In this document: positions 28,137 to 39,943 of the stretch, piece by piece
Numbering within the stretch: position 1 is the stretch's first letter
Layout: each line of letters begins with the position of its first letter
Assembly: GCA_036012755.1 (NCBI GenBank)
Contig: DASCPX010000246.1
Location: 1-64,000, forward strand
Direction: 5' to 3'
DNA length: 64,000 bases
Origin: Myxococcota bacterium
GTDB taxonomy: Bacteria; Myxococcota_A; UBA796; CAJQPC01
Translations under genes and position numbers: made by a program
Notes under the pieces: generated by a model
What the model saw: only the letters and a program-made list of their open reading frames with translations
Told to the model about the DNA's origin: nothing
Databases searched by the model: none

Positions 28137-28870
28137 GCTGGATCGCCGGTGTCGGCCGCTTCGCCTTCTTCGCGCTGGAGACCACCCGCGCGATGCCCGG
28201 CACCCACCGGCCCTGGTCGCGTGCGATCGCCGAGGCCTACAACATCGGCATCAAGTCCCTGCCGATCCTGCTGGTCATCGCCGCCTTCGTCGGCACGAAC
28301 CTGAGCCTGCAGGGCTACCTCGCCTTCGAGCCCCTCGGGGGGCAGCGGCTGGTCGGCATGTTCGTGGCGCTGGCCGGCATGCGAGAGCTCGCCCCCATCA
28401 TCGCGGCCTCGATGGTGGCGGCGAAGGCCGGGACCGAGATGGCGAGCGCCATCGCCGTGATGCGCATCCGCGAACAGATCGACGCCCTGGAGGTCCTCGC
28501 GGTGGAGCCCAGGGGTCACCTGGTGACGCCCCGCTTCCTCGGCATCCTCCTGGTCATGCCGGCGCTCACGGCGATCTCGATCGCGACGATGGTGGGAGCC
28601 GGCTACCTCGTCGCCACCCTGCAGCTGGGCCTGAACGGGGCGACCTTCATGGAGCACGCCATCGCGGCGTCCGAGCCCGGCGACATCTTCTGGAGCCTGT
28701 TCAAGGCGCTGCTCTTCGGCGTCGTCATCTGCCTCGTGTCCTGCTACCAGGGCTTCAACAGCGGTCCGGGCCCAGAGGGGGTCGGCTCCGCGACCAACCG
28801 CGCGGTCGTGGTCAGCGCCGTCACCTGCGTGGCCTTGAACTACCTCCTCAGCGAGATCTACTACGGTTGA
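28133..28870 (+). CDS. mlaE: MlaE-family ABC permease (copy 2)
   Basis: RELAPII, MRIREQIDALEV, LVTPR, GPEGVGSATNRAVV. Confidence 0.92.
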   Translation: MSWIAGVGRFAFFALETTRAMPGTHRPWSRAIAEAYNIGIKSLPILLVIAAFVGTNLSLQGYLAFEPLGGQRLVGMFVALAGMRELAPIIAASMVAAKAGTEMASAIAVMRIREQIDALEVLAVEPRGHLVTPRFLGILLVMPALTAISIATMVGAGYLVATLQLGLNGATFMEHAIAASEPGDIFWSLFKALLFGVVICLVSCYQGFNSGPGPEGVGSATNRAVVVSAVTCVALNYLLSEIYYG

Positions 28871-28893
28871 CCGCTGGGTTATAGGCCGGGGCT

Positions 28894-30692
<1,799 letters not shown>

Positions 30693-30696
<4 letters not shown>

Positions 30697-31424
30697 TCCA
30701 GCTCTCCGGAGTCAACAAGTCCTTCGGCGACCTCGTCGTGCTCGACGGCATCGATCTCAGCTTCGAGATGGGTCTCACCACGGCGATCATCGGGCCCTCC
30801 GGCGCAGGAAAGAGCGTGCTCATCAAGCACCTCGTCGGGCTCATCAGGCCCGACTCCGGCAGGGTCGAGGTCTTCGGTACCGACATGGCGAGGGCACCCA
30901 AGCGCGCGCTGTACGAGGTGCGTCGCCGCTTCGGCATGCTCTTCCAGGACGGCGCGCTCTTCGACTCGCTCAGCGTCGGCGACAACGTGGGCTTTCCGCT
31001 GGAACACCACCGACCGGATCTGTCCTACCAAGCCCGCCGACAACGCGTGGACGCCGTGCTCGAGCAGGTCGAGCTGCCAGGTTTCGCCGACCGCGACGTG
31101 AGCGAGCTCTCCGGAGGTCAGCGCAAGCGCGTCGGACTCGCCCGCGCCATCGTGGCGGAGCCCGAGGTGGTGCTCTTCGACGAGCCGAACTCGGGGCTCG
31201 ACCCGATGACCTCGGACTCGATCGACAACCTCATCCTCCAGATGAAGGAGGCGCTGGGAATCACCTTCATCGTCATCTCCCACGACATCGTCGGCACCTT
31301 CAACGTGGCCGACAGGATCGGAATGCTGTACGGAGGGAAGCTCATCGCCTACGGCTCTCCCGGGGAGCTGCGAGCGAGCGAGCACCCCATCATCAAGCGC
31401 TTCCTGAGCCGGAACCTGCATTGA
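30693..31424 (+). CDS. mlaF: MlaF-family ABC ATP-binding protein
   Basis: GPSGAGKS, FQDGALFDSL, LSGGQRKRVGLARA, DEPNSGLDP, SHD. Confidence 0.92.
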
Positions 31425-32344
31425 GTCGCACCAAGAAGCACGAGATCGGCGTCGGACTGCTAGTCATCGGGGCGGCGCTGTTGCTGGGCTTCATGGCCAT
31501 CAAGGTCGGCGCGATCGGCTCGCTGGGGGAACGGATCACCGTCGTCGCGGTCTTCGACGACGCGGCTGGCCTGAAGCAGGGTGCCGCCGTGACCGTCGCC
31601 GGGGTCGAGGTCGGCCGCGTGGAGTCGCTGGAGGTGGACTTCGACACCGCCAGGGTGACCTTGACCGTGGACCCGGCGGCGGAGATCCGCGAGGACGTCG
31701 TGGTCGCGATGCGCGCTCGCTCGGTCCTCGGCGAGAAATACCTGGAGATCCTGCCGCAGAGCCGTGAGGCGCCGCTGCTGCAAGACGGCGCAGTGATCAC
31801 CGAGACCCACGGACAGTACGAGATCGACCAGTTCGTCACTGGCCTGGAGCCCCTCGTACAGAGCCTCGATCCCGCGGAGATCGACGCCATGCTGCAGCCG
31901 CTGGTGACCGCCATGAAGGAGGACCCCGAGCGGCCGGCCCGAATGCTGAACGACCTGGAGGCGACCCTGGCCAACCTCCGCGAGGCCAGCGAGGAGGCCC
32001 CTGCCCTGGTGCGCGAGGCCCGAGCCACGATGGCCGAGGTCAGGGCCACCTCCAGCGAAGCTCGCGGCGCTGTCGCCCGGGCCGACGCCGTGCTCGCGGA
32101 CGTCGAAGAGGCCACCGCCGAGCTGCCCGGGACGATGGAGCGGATCCCGGGCCTGTTGGACGATGCGCAGGCGACGCTGGCCGACACCCGAGTGGCGGTC
32201 AGAACGCTGAACGACTCCAGCCAGTCACTGGCGAAGGTCCTCTCGAACTTCGAGGACATCGACAAGTGGGAGCTCAGGCGCCTGCTGCGAGAGGAGGGCA
32301 TCGTCGTCCGCCTCTCCCCGAGCGACGTCGTCCCGACCGAGTGA
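31421..32344 (+). CDS. mlaD: MlaD/MCE-family protein with a long helical tail
   Basis: N-terminal TM; FDDAAGLKQGAAVTVAGVEVGRV; SVLGEKYLEI. Confidence 0.9.
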   Translation: MSRTKKHEIGVGLLVIGAALLLGFMAIKVGAIGSLGERITVVAVFDDAAGLKQGAAVTVAGVEVGRVESLEVDFDTARVTLTVDPAAEIREDVVVAMRARSVLGEKYLEILPQSREAPLLQDGAVITETHGQYEIDQFVTGLEPLVQSLDPAEIDAMLQPLVTAMKEDPERPARMLNDLEATLANLREASEEAPALVREARATMAEVRATSSEARGAVARADAVLADVEEATAELPGTMERIPGLLDDAQATLADTRVAVRTLNDSSQSLAKVLSNFEDIDKWELRRLLREEGIVVRLSPSDVVPTE

Positions 32345-33421
32345 TCAGCCGAACTGCTCCAGCAGCTCGGCGACCTCTTCGGCGACATGGAGGCGACCCT
32401 GGCCCCGAGCCGCCTCGCTCATGGCGGAGAGGGCCTCTGCGTCACCGAGCAGGGCGGTGATGCGATCGAGAGCGGCGGGAATGTCCAGGTCCGACTCCGT
32501 GAGGACCAACGCAGCGCCCAGCTCTTCGAGGCCCCTCGCGTTGGCTTCCTGGTGGTTGTCGGTCACGTTCGGAGAGGGGATCAACAGGGCCGGCTTGCCG
32601 AGGGCGGTCAGCTCGGCGAGGGTGGACGAGCCCGCCCGGGCCACGACCAGGTCAGAGGCGGCGTAGGCCCTCCCCATCTTGTCCTCGTAGTCGACCAACG
32701 CCACGCCCTCCGGGATCTCACCGAGGTCTCGCAGCGCTCCGTCGTGGTAGCGAGGGCCAGTGACCCAGAGCAGCTGCCAGGGGCGGTTCTGCATCCGGGC
32801 TGCGGCGAGGGCCACCGCGTTGATCGTCGCTGCGCCCAGGCTGCCTCCGACCACGAGGAGGGTCGAGCCGTGCTCGTCCAGACCGTAGTGTTGCCGGGCC
32901 TCGCTCCGCTCTCCGAGGAGGACCTTCGGGTTCACCGGGCAGCCGACGGTCTTCTTCGGCGCCGAGCCGCCGAGGCGGGGACCGCTGGCTTCGTAGGTCA
33001 GCATCGCCAGGTTCGCGACCCGGGCGCAGAGCCGATTGGCCAGCCCGGGGGCGACGTTGGCCTCGTGGATCACGCGCGGGATGCCCAGGGTCCACGCGGC
33101 CAGCACCGTGGGGGCCGAGATGTAGCCCCCTACCCCCAGGACCAGCTCCGCACGGAGCTCCTTCAGCAGCCCGCGAGCCTCGACGATCGAGCCGAGCAGG
33201 GAGAAGGCGAAACCGAGCTTTCCGACGACACCTCCGCGGGGGTACTTCGGGGCTTGTATCGGGCGAAAGTCGTAGCCCCGCTGGGGCGCGACGCGACCCT
33301 CCAGTCGGCCGGCGTCGCCGACGTAGAAGAGCTCGTGCCCGCGAGCCCTGAGGGCATCGCCCATGGCCAGCGCCGGGTAGACGTGGCCACCGGTTCCTCC
33401 GCCTGCCAGAACGACGCGCAT
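32345..33421 (-). CDS. murG: Undecaprenyl-PP-MurNAc-pentapeptide GlcNAc transferase
   Basis: GGGTGGHVYP, GGYIS, HEAN, GGSLGA, RAGSST, HQEANA. Confidence 0.95.
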   Translation of the reverse strand: MRVVLAGGGTGGHVYPALAMGDALRARGHELFYVGDAGRLEGRVAPQRGYDFRPIQAPKYPRGGVVGKLGFAFSLLGSIVEARGLLKELRAELVLGVGGYISAPTVLAAWTLGIPRVIHEANVAPGLANRLCARVANLAMLTYEASGPRLGGSAPKKTVGCPVNPKVLLGERSEARQHYGLDEHGSTLLVVGGSLGAATINAVALAAARMQNRPWQLLWVTGPRYHDGALRDLGEIPEGVALVDYEDKMGRAYAASDLVVARAGSSTLAELTALGKPALLIPSPNVTDNHQEANARGLEELGAALVLTESDLDIPAALDRITALLGDAEALSAMSEAARGQGRLHVAEEVAELLEQFG

Positions 33422-33453
33422 CGTGCCTCCGTTAGCACGTTACGGAGCCGTGC

Positions 33454-35865
33454 ATGGGCCTTCGATTCTCCCGCGCGGCCGCGGCACGGATGCGGGCCGC
33501 AATCAGGGAGGCCGGAGGCGTCGAGGTCTTCGCGATCGGCGACGTCGACGGCATCGGCCGCGTCAGCGGACTGGAGATCCACTGCCGCGGCGACGAGGGG
33601 GCCGTCCCCGCCTTGCTCACCCGGCCTCGCAACGGCCAGGTCGTCATCCACAACCACCCCTCGGGCGTCCTGCGGCCAAGCGCCGCGGACTTCGCCCTGG
33701 CGAACCGCTACGGCGACGAGGGCGTCGGTGTGGTCATCGTCGACAACGACCTCGACAACGACTTCTGGGTCGTGGAGCCAGCCCGGAAGGTCGCCGAGCC
33801 GATCGACCGGGACCGCCTGAGGGCCTTCTTCCTCGAGGATCTCCCGCGGGTCATGCGCGGAGCGGAGCCCAGACCCCAACAGCTGGAGATGGCGCTGTCG
33901 GTGGCCGACGCCCTCGACGGCGGCGAGGTCCTCGTCATCGAGGCGGGGACCGGCACCGGCAAGTCCCTCGCCTACCTCGCGCCAGCGGTCCTCTGGGCGC
34001 TGGCGAACGACTCGAAGGTGGCGGTCTCCACCTACACGCGTCCGCTTCAGGCCCAGCTCCTCTGTTGCGACATCCCCTACCTGCGGGCCGCCGGCATCGA
34101 GTTCGAGGCGGCGCTGGTCAAGGGGCGCAGCAACTACATCTGCCGGCGCAAGCTCATCGCCGCCGGGCTCGACCCGGGGCCCGACGAGCGCGCGCTGGGT
34201 CGCCTCGCCGCCTTCGCCGCGACCGCCGAAGAGGGCTCGGTCCAGGAGCTCGGCGAGGAGCTCGATGAGGCTCTCCGGGAGCGGGTGGTCTCCCACGCCG
34301 ACCAGACCCTGAGGGCGCGCTGCCCGCACTACAACCAGTGCTTCTACTACGGCGCCCGGCGGCGAGCGGCGGCGAGCCACCTCCTCGTGCTGAACCACGC
34401 CCTGTTGCTGGCGGACCTGTCGTTGAAGGCCCAGACAGACGGCGACGGCGTGCTCCCGCGCTTCGGTCGCGTCGTGCTCGACGAGGGCCACCACCTCGAA
34501 GACGCCGCCACCTCGGTCCTCGGGGAGCGCCTCACGGCCCGCGCCGTCACACGCGCCATCGCGCCGCTGTTGGATCGCAAGCGGCGGACCGGGGCGCTCT
34601 CCAAGCTCGCAGAGCGCTTCGGGACGGACGCCAACGGCCTCGCAGAGGCCTGCGGGAGGGCCAAGGACGAGCTCGCGCAGCTGCACCAGGAGATCGAGCC
34701 CCGCTTCGAGCTGATGGGTGCCGCGATGCTCGAACCAAGGCCCACGCTCCGGGTCACGGACGAGCTGCAGCAGGCTCAGCCGTGGTCCCACCAGGTGGTC
34801 CCGACCCTCTCCGAGCTCGAGCGCGACCTGAGGAGCAGTCACAACCGCCTGGCCGCCATCGCCGCCCGCCTCGACGAGACGGAGATCCCTCCAGAGCAGG
34901 CCCAGCCGGTGCTCGACCTGGCCCGCGGCCTCCGGCGCCTGCGGGAGAAGGCCGACGCGTCGACGCGCTTTCGTCGAGGCAGCGAGGGCCGGGTGCGCTG
35001 GTTCGAGCGCGAGCGAGGCCCGGTGGCCCTCTGCGAGGCGCCGGTCGATGTCGCGCCGACACTTCGGGATCTGCTCTGGGAGCGCATGGAGGCAGCGACG
35101 GTGACAAGCGCCACCCTCGCCGTCGGCGGCCGCTTCGAGCACTGGATGGAGCGCCACGGCGCTCCGGAGCAGACCACCTGCGACGTGCTGGCCTCGCCCT
35201 TCGACTTCGAGAAGCAGGCCCTGTTGGCCCTGCCGCGGGACCTCCCTCGCCCGGACGAGCATGGCTGGCTGGAGGCCTGCGGCGCCCTGAGCGCGGAGCT
35301 CCTGCGCCGAAGCGGGGGCGGGGCCTTCGTCCTGTGCACCTCTCATGCGCAGGTTCGCTTCTTCGGCGAGGCCCTCCGCCGCGACGTCGGCGGGGAGCTT
35401 CCGGTGCTCCAGCAGGGGCGCGGCAGCCGGGAGCGCCTGTTGCGACGCTTCAAGGAGGCCGACGGCAGCGTGCTGGTCGGCACCGACAGCTTCTGGGAGG
35501 GGGTCAGCGTGAAGGGCGACGCCCTGCGGCTGGTCGTCATCCCGCGCCTGCCCTTCCGCGTTCCTACAGCGCCGGTGGCCCAGGCCCGCTACGAGCGCCT
35601 CGTCGCCCAGGGTCGGGACCCCTTCCGCGCCTGGAGCCTGCCCGAGGCGGTCATCAAGCTCCGACAGGGCTTCGGCCGACTCATCCGCTCACGCACCGAC
35701 CGCGGCGTGGTCGCCCTGCTCGACCGCCGGGTGAACGAGCGCTGGTATGGCCGGGTCTTCCTCAACGCCCTCCCACCTGCCCGCCGGGTCACCGGCCCAT
35801 CACGACGTGTGCTCGCAGCCCTCGAAGCGTTCTATGGTGAAGGCGAGGTGGGCGACAATGGATGA
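33454..35865 (+). CDS. DinG/YoaA-family helicase with an N-terminal JAB/RadC-like domain
   Basis: N-terminal EV...HNHPSG...PSAAD; EAGTGTGKS, KGRSNYIC, DEGHH, TSATL, FWEGV, QGFGRLIR. Confidence 0.92.
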   Translation: MGLRFSRAAAARMRAAIREAGGVEVFAIGDVDGIGRVSGLEIHCRGDEGAVPALLTRPRNGQVVIHNHPSGVLRPSAADFALANRYGDEGVGVVIVDNDLDNDFWVVEPARKVAEPIDRDRLRAFFLEDLPRVMRGAEPRPQQLEMALSVADALDGGEVLVIEAGTGTGKSLAYLAPAVLWALANDSKVAVSTYTRPLQAQLLCCDIPYLRAAGIEFEAALVKGRSNYICRRKLIAAGLDPGPDERALGRLAAFAATAEEGSVQELGEELDEALRERVVSHADQTLRARCPHYNQCFYYGARRRAAASHLLVLNHALLLADLSLKAQTDGDGVLPRFGRVVLDEGHHLEDAATSVLGERLTARAVTRAIAPLLDRKRRTGALSKLAERFGTDANGLAEACGRAKDELAQLHQEIEPRFELMGAAMLEPRPTLRVTDELQQAQPWSHQVVPTLSELERDLRSSHNRLAAIAARLDETEIPPEQAQPVLDLARGLRRLREKADASTRFRRGSEGRVRWFERERGPVALCEAPVDVAPTLRDLLWERMEAATVTSATLAVGGRFEHWMERHGAPEQTTCDVLASPFDFEKQALLALPRDLPRPDEHGWLEACGALSAELLRRSGGGAFVLCTSHAQVRFFGEALRRDVGGELPVLQQGRGSRERLLRRFKEADGSVLVGTDSFWEGVSVKGDALRLVVIPRLPFRVPTAPVAQARYERLVAQGRDPFRAWSLPEAVIKLRQGFGRLIRSRTDRGVVALLDRRVNERWYGRVFLNALPPARRVTGPSRRVLAALEAFYGEGEVGDNG

Positions 35866-36331
35866 GCAGGAAAAGAAGGGCCCCCGCCACCCGAGCCTCC
35901 GCGGCGCGGCTCGACGTGTTCTCGGAGCCGGAGCCGGGGAGCGTCCCCTTCCCCGGACCCGTGAGGTGCTGGCGGGCCTCCTCGACTCCAGCGACAAGGT
36001 CAAGACCGAAGCTGTCCGGGCGCTGGGCCGAGAGGTCCGCTCCTACCTGGAGGGGCTCGGCATGGACGAGGCCCTCATGCACCTGTTCACGAACTACTCC
36101 CTGGAGGTCAACGCCAGCTTCAGCCTCAAGCCGCTGAGCGCCTCACCGGCGCCGACCGACGAGGAACAGCAGCAGGAACCAGGGGCCGAGAGCGACGTGA
36201 GCGCAGCTGGTGTCCGGTGGGAGAGCGTCCCGGACCCGGAGCTCGGCGCCGGAGACGAGGCGCAGGCCGTCGTCGACGACGACGCCGCGGACGCCGAGGG
36301 GGGCGAGGGGGTCGACGACGACGTCGACTGA
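35858..36331 (+). CDS. Hypothetical protein
   Basis: ATG overlaps the DinG 3' end; helical core (KTEAVRALGREVRSYL). The acidic tail overlaps the opposite-strand gene. Confidence 0.65.
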   Translation: MDEQEKKGPRHPSLRGAARRVLGAGAGERPLPRTREVLAGLLDSSDKVKTEAVRALGREVRSYLEGLGMDEALMHLFTNYSLEVNASFSLKPLSASPAPTDEEQQQEPGAESDVSAAGVRWESVPDPELGAGDEAQAVVDDDAADAEGGEGVDDDVD

Positions 36332-37837
36332 GACCTCCTCCTCCCTGACACGGACCGCCTCGACGACGACGCCATCGCCGAGGTCGACGACGACCTCCTC
36401 GCTGCCCGGGGGCTCCGACAGCGTGATCACGACGGTCTCCTGGTCCCCCTGGCGCAGGGAGTCAGGCTCGATGGACTCGATGGATGGCCGCCCCGCGCCG
36501 TCGAGGACCATGAAGGCCTCTGCGAGCTCGACCTCGACGCCGGCGGTGGTCAGCGCGAGATCGCGGAGGCCGACGGTCGCGTCCGTCTCGACGCGGACGA
36601 GCAGCTCGGCTCGATCGACGTCGAGCACCTCGATGGACTCGATCGTGATGCCCACCCCGAGCTCGGCCTCCACCTCTCCGTCGACGAGCAGCAGGTACTC
36701 GCCGAGCAGGTCGAGACGCAGCAGGTCGCCCTGCCAGGCGGAGCTCGGATCGAGGGTCTCCACCCGGGGCCGGTACACATCCAGCGACAGCTCCTCCGAG
36801 AGATCGCCCTCGCCCACGTCATAGACCGCCGAGACCGCGAAGACGTCGAGACCGTCGCCGTCCACGGCGACGATGGCTCCTTCGATCTCGGGCTCCGCGA
36901 CGAGCTCGCCGCCGCGGTAGACCCGGTAGCTCTCGAGGTCGTGGATCGAGCTCGGCGCGCTCCAGGTCAGGCCGGCCTCGACGTCGATGATCCTCCCCTC
37001 CGGGCCTGCGAGATCCTCTGGTGCCAGGAGGCGGACCCGGAAGTCCTGCAGATCCGTCTGGCTCGTGTTGATTCCGTCGCTGGCCTCGATCCACCAGGAC
37101 ACGACCGTGTCGGGGGGCTGCCCGGGGATGCCGCCAGCCCACACCTCGCCGAAGCGCACCAGCTCGGCGAGCCCCGAGTCGACGTCGGTCTCCCAGAAGA
37201 GCCCGAGCGAGGCCAGGCCCTGATCGTCCTCGGCCTCGACCTCGACCACGTAGGGTCCGTCGAGGTCCTCTGTGTCGCTGGGGGTCGAGATCACCACCAG
37301 GCGCGGCGGCACGATGTCCCCGTCCCACAGCTCGAGGTCGTCGATGTACCAGCCGGTCCCCTGAACGCTGGCGTCGCTCGAGAACACGAGCCGGAGCTCG
37401 GACAGATCGGAGAGCCCCGAGAGGTCGACGTAGACCTGCTGCCAGCCGCCGGTGTCCCCTGTGAAACCCGAGGGGTCCGGGTAGCCGTAGGCGGGCTCGA
37501 CACGTGTCCAGCCCCCCTGCCCGTCCGAGGCCTCGAGATAGGCCGCGTCGCCGCTCTGGATCTCGGTCCAGTGCCAGAAGACCAGGGACGGGTTCACCGT
37601 CGAGCCCAGGTCGAAGGCGGGGAGGTAGAGCAGGCCCTCCGCGTCGTTCAGGTAGGGGCCATCGAGGCGCGTGGCCCACACGCGGGACCCCGTGTGCGCG
37701 GCGCCGGGACCGGTGCTCGGCAGCCCCCACTCCCACTGGAGGTCACCGACCTCGGGGCCGAGTCCGCCGTCGTCCTCTTCGAGATCGATGCTCCAGAGCG
37801 ACGTCGCAGCCGCGACCGCGACGCTGACGAAGATCAT
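36143..37837 (-). CDS. Surface protein with a lectin/MAM-like domain, Fn3 and Ig/IPT-like domains and a C-terminal sorting signal
   Basis: Short signal; WEWGLP, GWYIDD, LTWSAP..SYRVYR; C-terminus SC-hydrophobic-RRR. Confidence 0.8.
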   Translation of the reverse strand: MIFVSVAVAAATSLWSIDLEEDDGGLGPEVGDLQWEWGLPSTGPGAAHTGSRVWATRLDGPYLNDAEGLLYLPAFDLGSTVNPSLVFWHWTEIQSGDAAYLEASDGQGGWTRVEPAYGYPDPSGFTGDTGGWQQVYVDLSGLSDLSELRLVFSSDASVQGTGWYIDDLELWDGDIVPPRLVVISTPSDTEDLDGPYVVEVEAEDDQGLASLGLFWETDVDSGLAELVRFGEVWAGGIPGQPPDTVVSWWIEASDGINTSQTDLQDFRVRLLAPEDLAGPEGRIIDVEAGLTWSAPSSIHDLESYRVYRGGELVAEPEIEGAIVAVDGDGLDVFAVSAVYDVGEGDLSEELSLDVYRPRVETLDPSSAWQGDLLRLDLLGEYLLLVDGEVEAELGVGITIESIEVLDVDRAELLVRVETDATVGLRDLALTTAGVEVELAEAFMVLDGAGRPSIESIEPDSLRQGDQETVVITLSEPPGSEEVVVDLGDGVVVEAVRVREEEVSVDVVVDPLAPLGVRGVVVDDGLRLVSGAELRVRDALPPDTSCAHVALGPWFLLLFLVGRRR

Positions 37838-38757
37838 TCTGTCTGCAGCTCGTACCGGACCTCGATCAGGCTTCCGGCCGGAGGTGCGTCGTCGAAGGAC
37901 AGGGTCGTGCCCTCGAGAACCCAGCCGCCGTCGAGGCGCTCGTCATCGATGGCGACCCGCGGCTTGTTGGCCGGCTCGGCCTGGAGCTCGAAGGTGGTCG
38001 GATAGTGGGCGGAGAGCTCGACGATGGCTTCCAGGACCGCATCCAGATCGGCCTCACAGATGCTGCCGACGGTCCCGCCGGTGTTCTCGGCGACCTCCGC
38101 ATAGGTCGTGCCGGGAAAGGCCTCTCCCCCCGGTCCCCGACATCCGCCGGGCACGTCACCGATCACGGCGGACAGCTGGGCGTCGAAGCCGGTGCCCTCG
38201 GCCTGCTCTTCGAGGAAGGCGGTGGCGCTCGCCGCCGCATCGGCTCCGAGGACGTCCTCGCTCGCGTCATCGTCGTCCGAGAGCACGACGACGTGCAGCG
38301 CCGCGTCTGCACGGCGGAAGCCCCGGTTGTCGTCGTCGACCAGGGGTGTCGACAGGGCCAGGACCATCGCTCCGAGGCCAGCCTCGTCGACCCCGTCCGT
38401 GCCTACATCCACCGCCTGCGCGAGGTCCCCCACCGGGTCCTGGCTCGCCGCCGTGATGATCCACGGATCACCCTGGAGGATCCCCGCTTCGTCGCTCTCC
38501 GAGGCCGTGGTGACGACCCCGATGTGGTAGGCGAGACCGAGCTCGTCGATGGCCCCGACGAAGGCGGCGAAGGACTCCGCCAGGGCTGCTTGCTCCTCTG
38601 CCATCGAGCCGGTGTCGTCGACCACGAAGAGCAGATCGACCTTCTGGTGCGGGGCCTGCTCGAAGGTCTCCACGACCACGACGGGGTCTTGGAACTCGGG
38701 GTCCTGGCCGCGGACGAGGTTCTCGATACCGCAGCCCGCGAGGACGCAGAGGAGCAT
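37834..38757 (-). CDS. vWA-domain lipoprotein
   Basis: MLLCVLAGC; DLLFVVDDTGSM MIDAS-like motif; VVLSDDDD. Confidence 0.82.
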   Translation of the reverse strand: MLLCVLAGCGIENLVRGQDPEFQDPVVVVETFEQAPHQKVDLLFVVDDTGSMAEEQAALAESFAAFVGAIDELGLAYHIGVVTTASESDEAGILQGDPWIITAASQDPVGDLAQAVDVGTDGVDEAGLGAMVLALSTPLVDDDNRGFRRADAALHVVVLSDDDDASEDVLGADAAASATAFLEEQAEGTGFDAQLSAVIGDVPGGCRGPGGEAFPGTTYAEVAENTGGTVGSICEADLDAVLEAIVELSAHYPTTFELQAEPANKPRVAIDDERLDGGWVLEGTTLSFDDAPPAGSLIEVRYELQTE

Positions 38758-38778
38758 CGGCTCAGTATCGCACCACGC

Positions 38779-39276
38779 TCACCGATCCCGCGGGTCGAAC
38801 TTCAGGGCCTCCACCCAGATGACCATGTCGCCCTCTCGAACCTCGCGCCCCATGCGGATGCGGTCGAAGCCGCTGTGCCAGCGCAGGCGGACCTCGTTCG
38901 TGAGGTTGTAGGGCCGATCGATGTCCGACGGCAGACCGGTGGCGTGGAGCGCAGGACCCTGGCGCATCGCGCGCGGCAGGTCCACGTGCACCAGGTAGAT
39001 GGTGCCGTCCTTCACCTTCACGCGGCCGCGCTCCATGACGTACTCGGTGCCGTCCATGACGCCGAGGTCGTTGACCTCCTGGATGTCACCGAGCTGGATG
39101 CTCACCTCGCCGCGGACCTCGTCGAAGCTGCGCCCCCCCAGGAACTGGATGTCGACGTAGACACCCTCTTTGCGCTCGTAGGCCGTCTCGAACTCGACGG
39201 ACTCCTCGTCCACGACGGGGACGCCAGGAAGGATTGGCTCGGAGGGGCCGCAGCCCCAGATCAGAAAGACCCACAT
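38779..39276 (-). CDS. Hypothetical lipoprotein
   Basis: MWVFLIWGC lipobox-like N-terminus; alternative start at 39294. Confidence 0.65.
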   Translation of the reverse strand: MWVFLIWGCGPSEPILPGVPVVDEESVEFETAYERKEGVYVDIQFLGGRSFDEVRGEVSIQLGDIQEVNDLGVMDGTEYVMERGRVKVKDGTIYLVHVDLPRAMRQGPALHATGLPSDIDRPYNLTNEVRLRWHSGFDRIRMGREVREGDMVIWVEALKFDPRDR

Positions 39277-39299
39277 CACACAGAGGTTATCCAACCGGC

Positions 39300-39530
39300 A
39301 TGCCGCGCATCACGCTGAGGACCTTTGCCCAGCTCCGCGAACAGCGTGGAGTCGCCAAGGAGGAGGTCGTGCTCCCAGAGGGAACGACCGCGCTGGAGGC
39401 CTACGCCTCGCTGTTCGCAGAGCCCCGTGTTCCCGTCGGCTTCGCCGTGAACCACGAGCTGGTTCGGGGCGAGGTGATCCTCGTGGAGGGCGACGAGCTG
39501 GCGCTGATCCCCCCGGTAGGAGGCGGCTGA
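39300..39530 (+). CDS. moaD: Molybdopterin synthase sulfur carrier subunit
   Basis: FAQLRE, FAVN, GDELALIPPVGGG with C-terminal GG. Confidence 0.93.
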   Translation: MPRITLRTFAQLREQRGVAKEEVVLPEGTTALEAYASLFAEPRVPVGFAVNHELVRGEVILVEGDELALIPPVGGG

Positions 39531-39943
39531 TGCTGGAGTTGACGGCGGAGGCTCTCGACGTCGCGGCGATCCGCGCGCGGGTCGACGACCCGGGCTTCGG
39601 CGCGGTGCTCGTCTTCGAGGGGGTCGTGCGCAACAACTTCGATGGGCGCCCGGTGACCGGGCTGGTCTACGAAGCCTACGAGGAGCTGGCCAGTCCCGTC
39701 GTCAGCGCGATCCGCGGGGAGATCACGGCGCGCTGGCCGGGAACACGGGTCGCCGTGGCCCACCGGACGGGCCCCCTGGTCATCGGCGAGACCTCGATGG
39801 TGATCGCGGTCGGAACCCCCCATCGCGCCGCCTGCTTCGAGGCGAGCCGCTATGCGATCGAGGCCATCAAGGACCGACTCCCGGTCTGGAAGAAGGAGGT
39901 CTACGCCGATGGCGAGGCGTGGAAGCCCAATCCCGAGGTCTGA
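39530..39943 (+). CDS. moaE: Molybdopterin synthase catalytic subunit
   Basis: GAVLVFEGVVR, YEAY, HRTG, PHR, PVWKKE. Confidence 0.95.
   Translation: MLELTAEALDVAAIRARVDDPGFGAVLVFEGVVRNNFDGRPVTGLVYEAYEELASPVVSAIRGEITARWPGTRVAVAHRTGPLVIGETSMVIAVGTPHRAACFEASRYAIEAIKDRLPVWKKEVYADGEAWKPNPEV

Noticed and set aside
33454..35865. Type IV CRISPR-associated CasDinG or a defence island
   Set aside because: No csf/cas genes or array; the context is housekeeping (murG, mla, moaDE).
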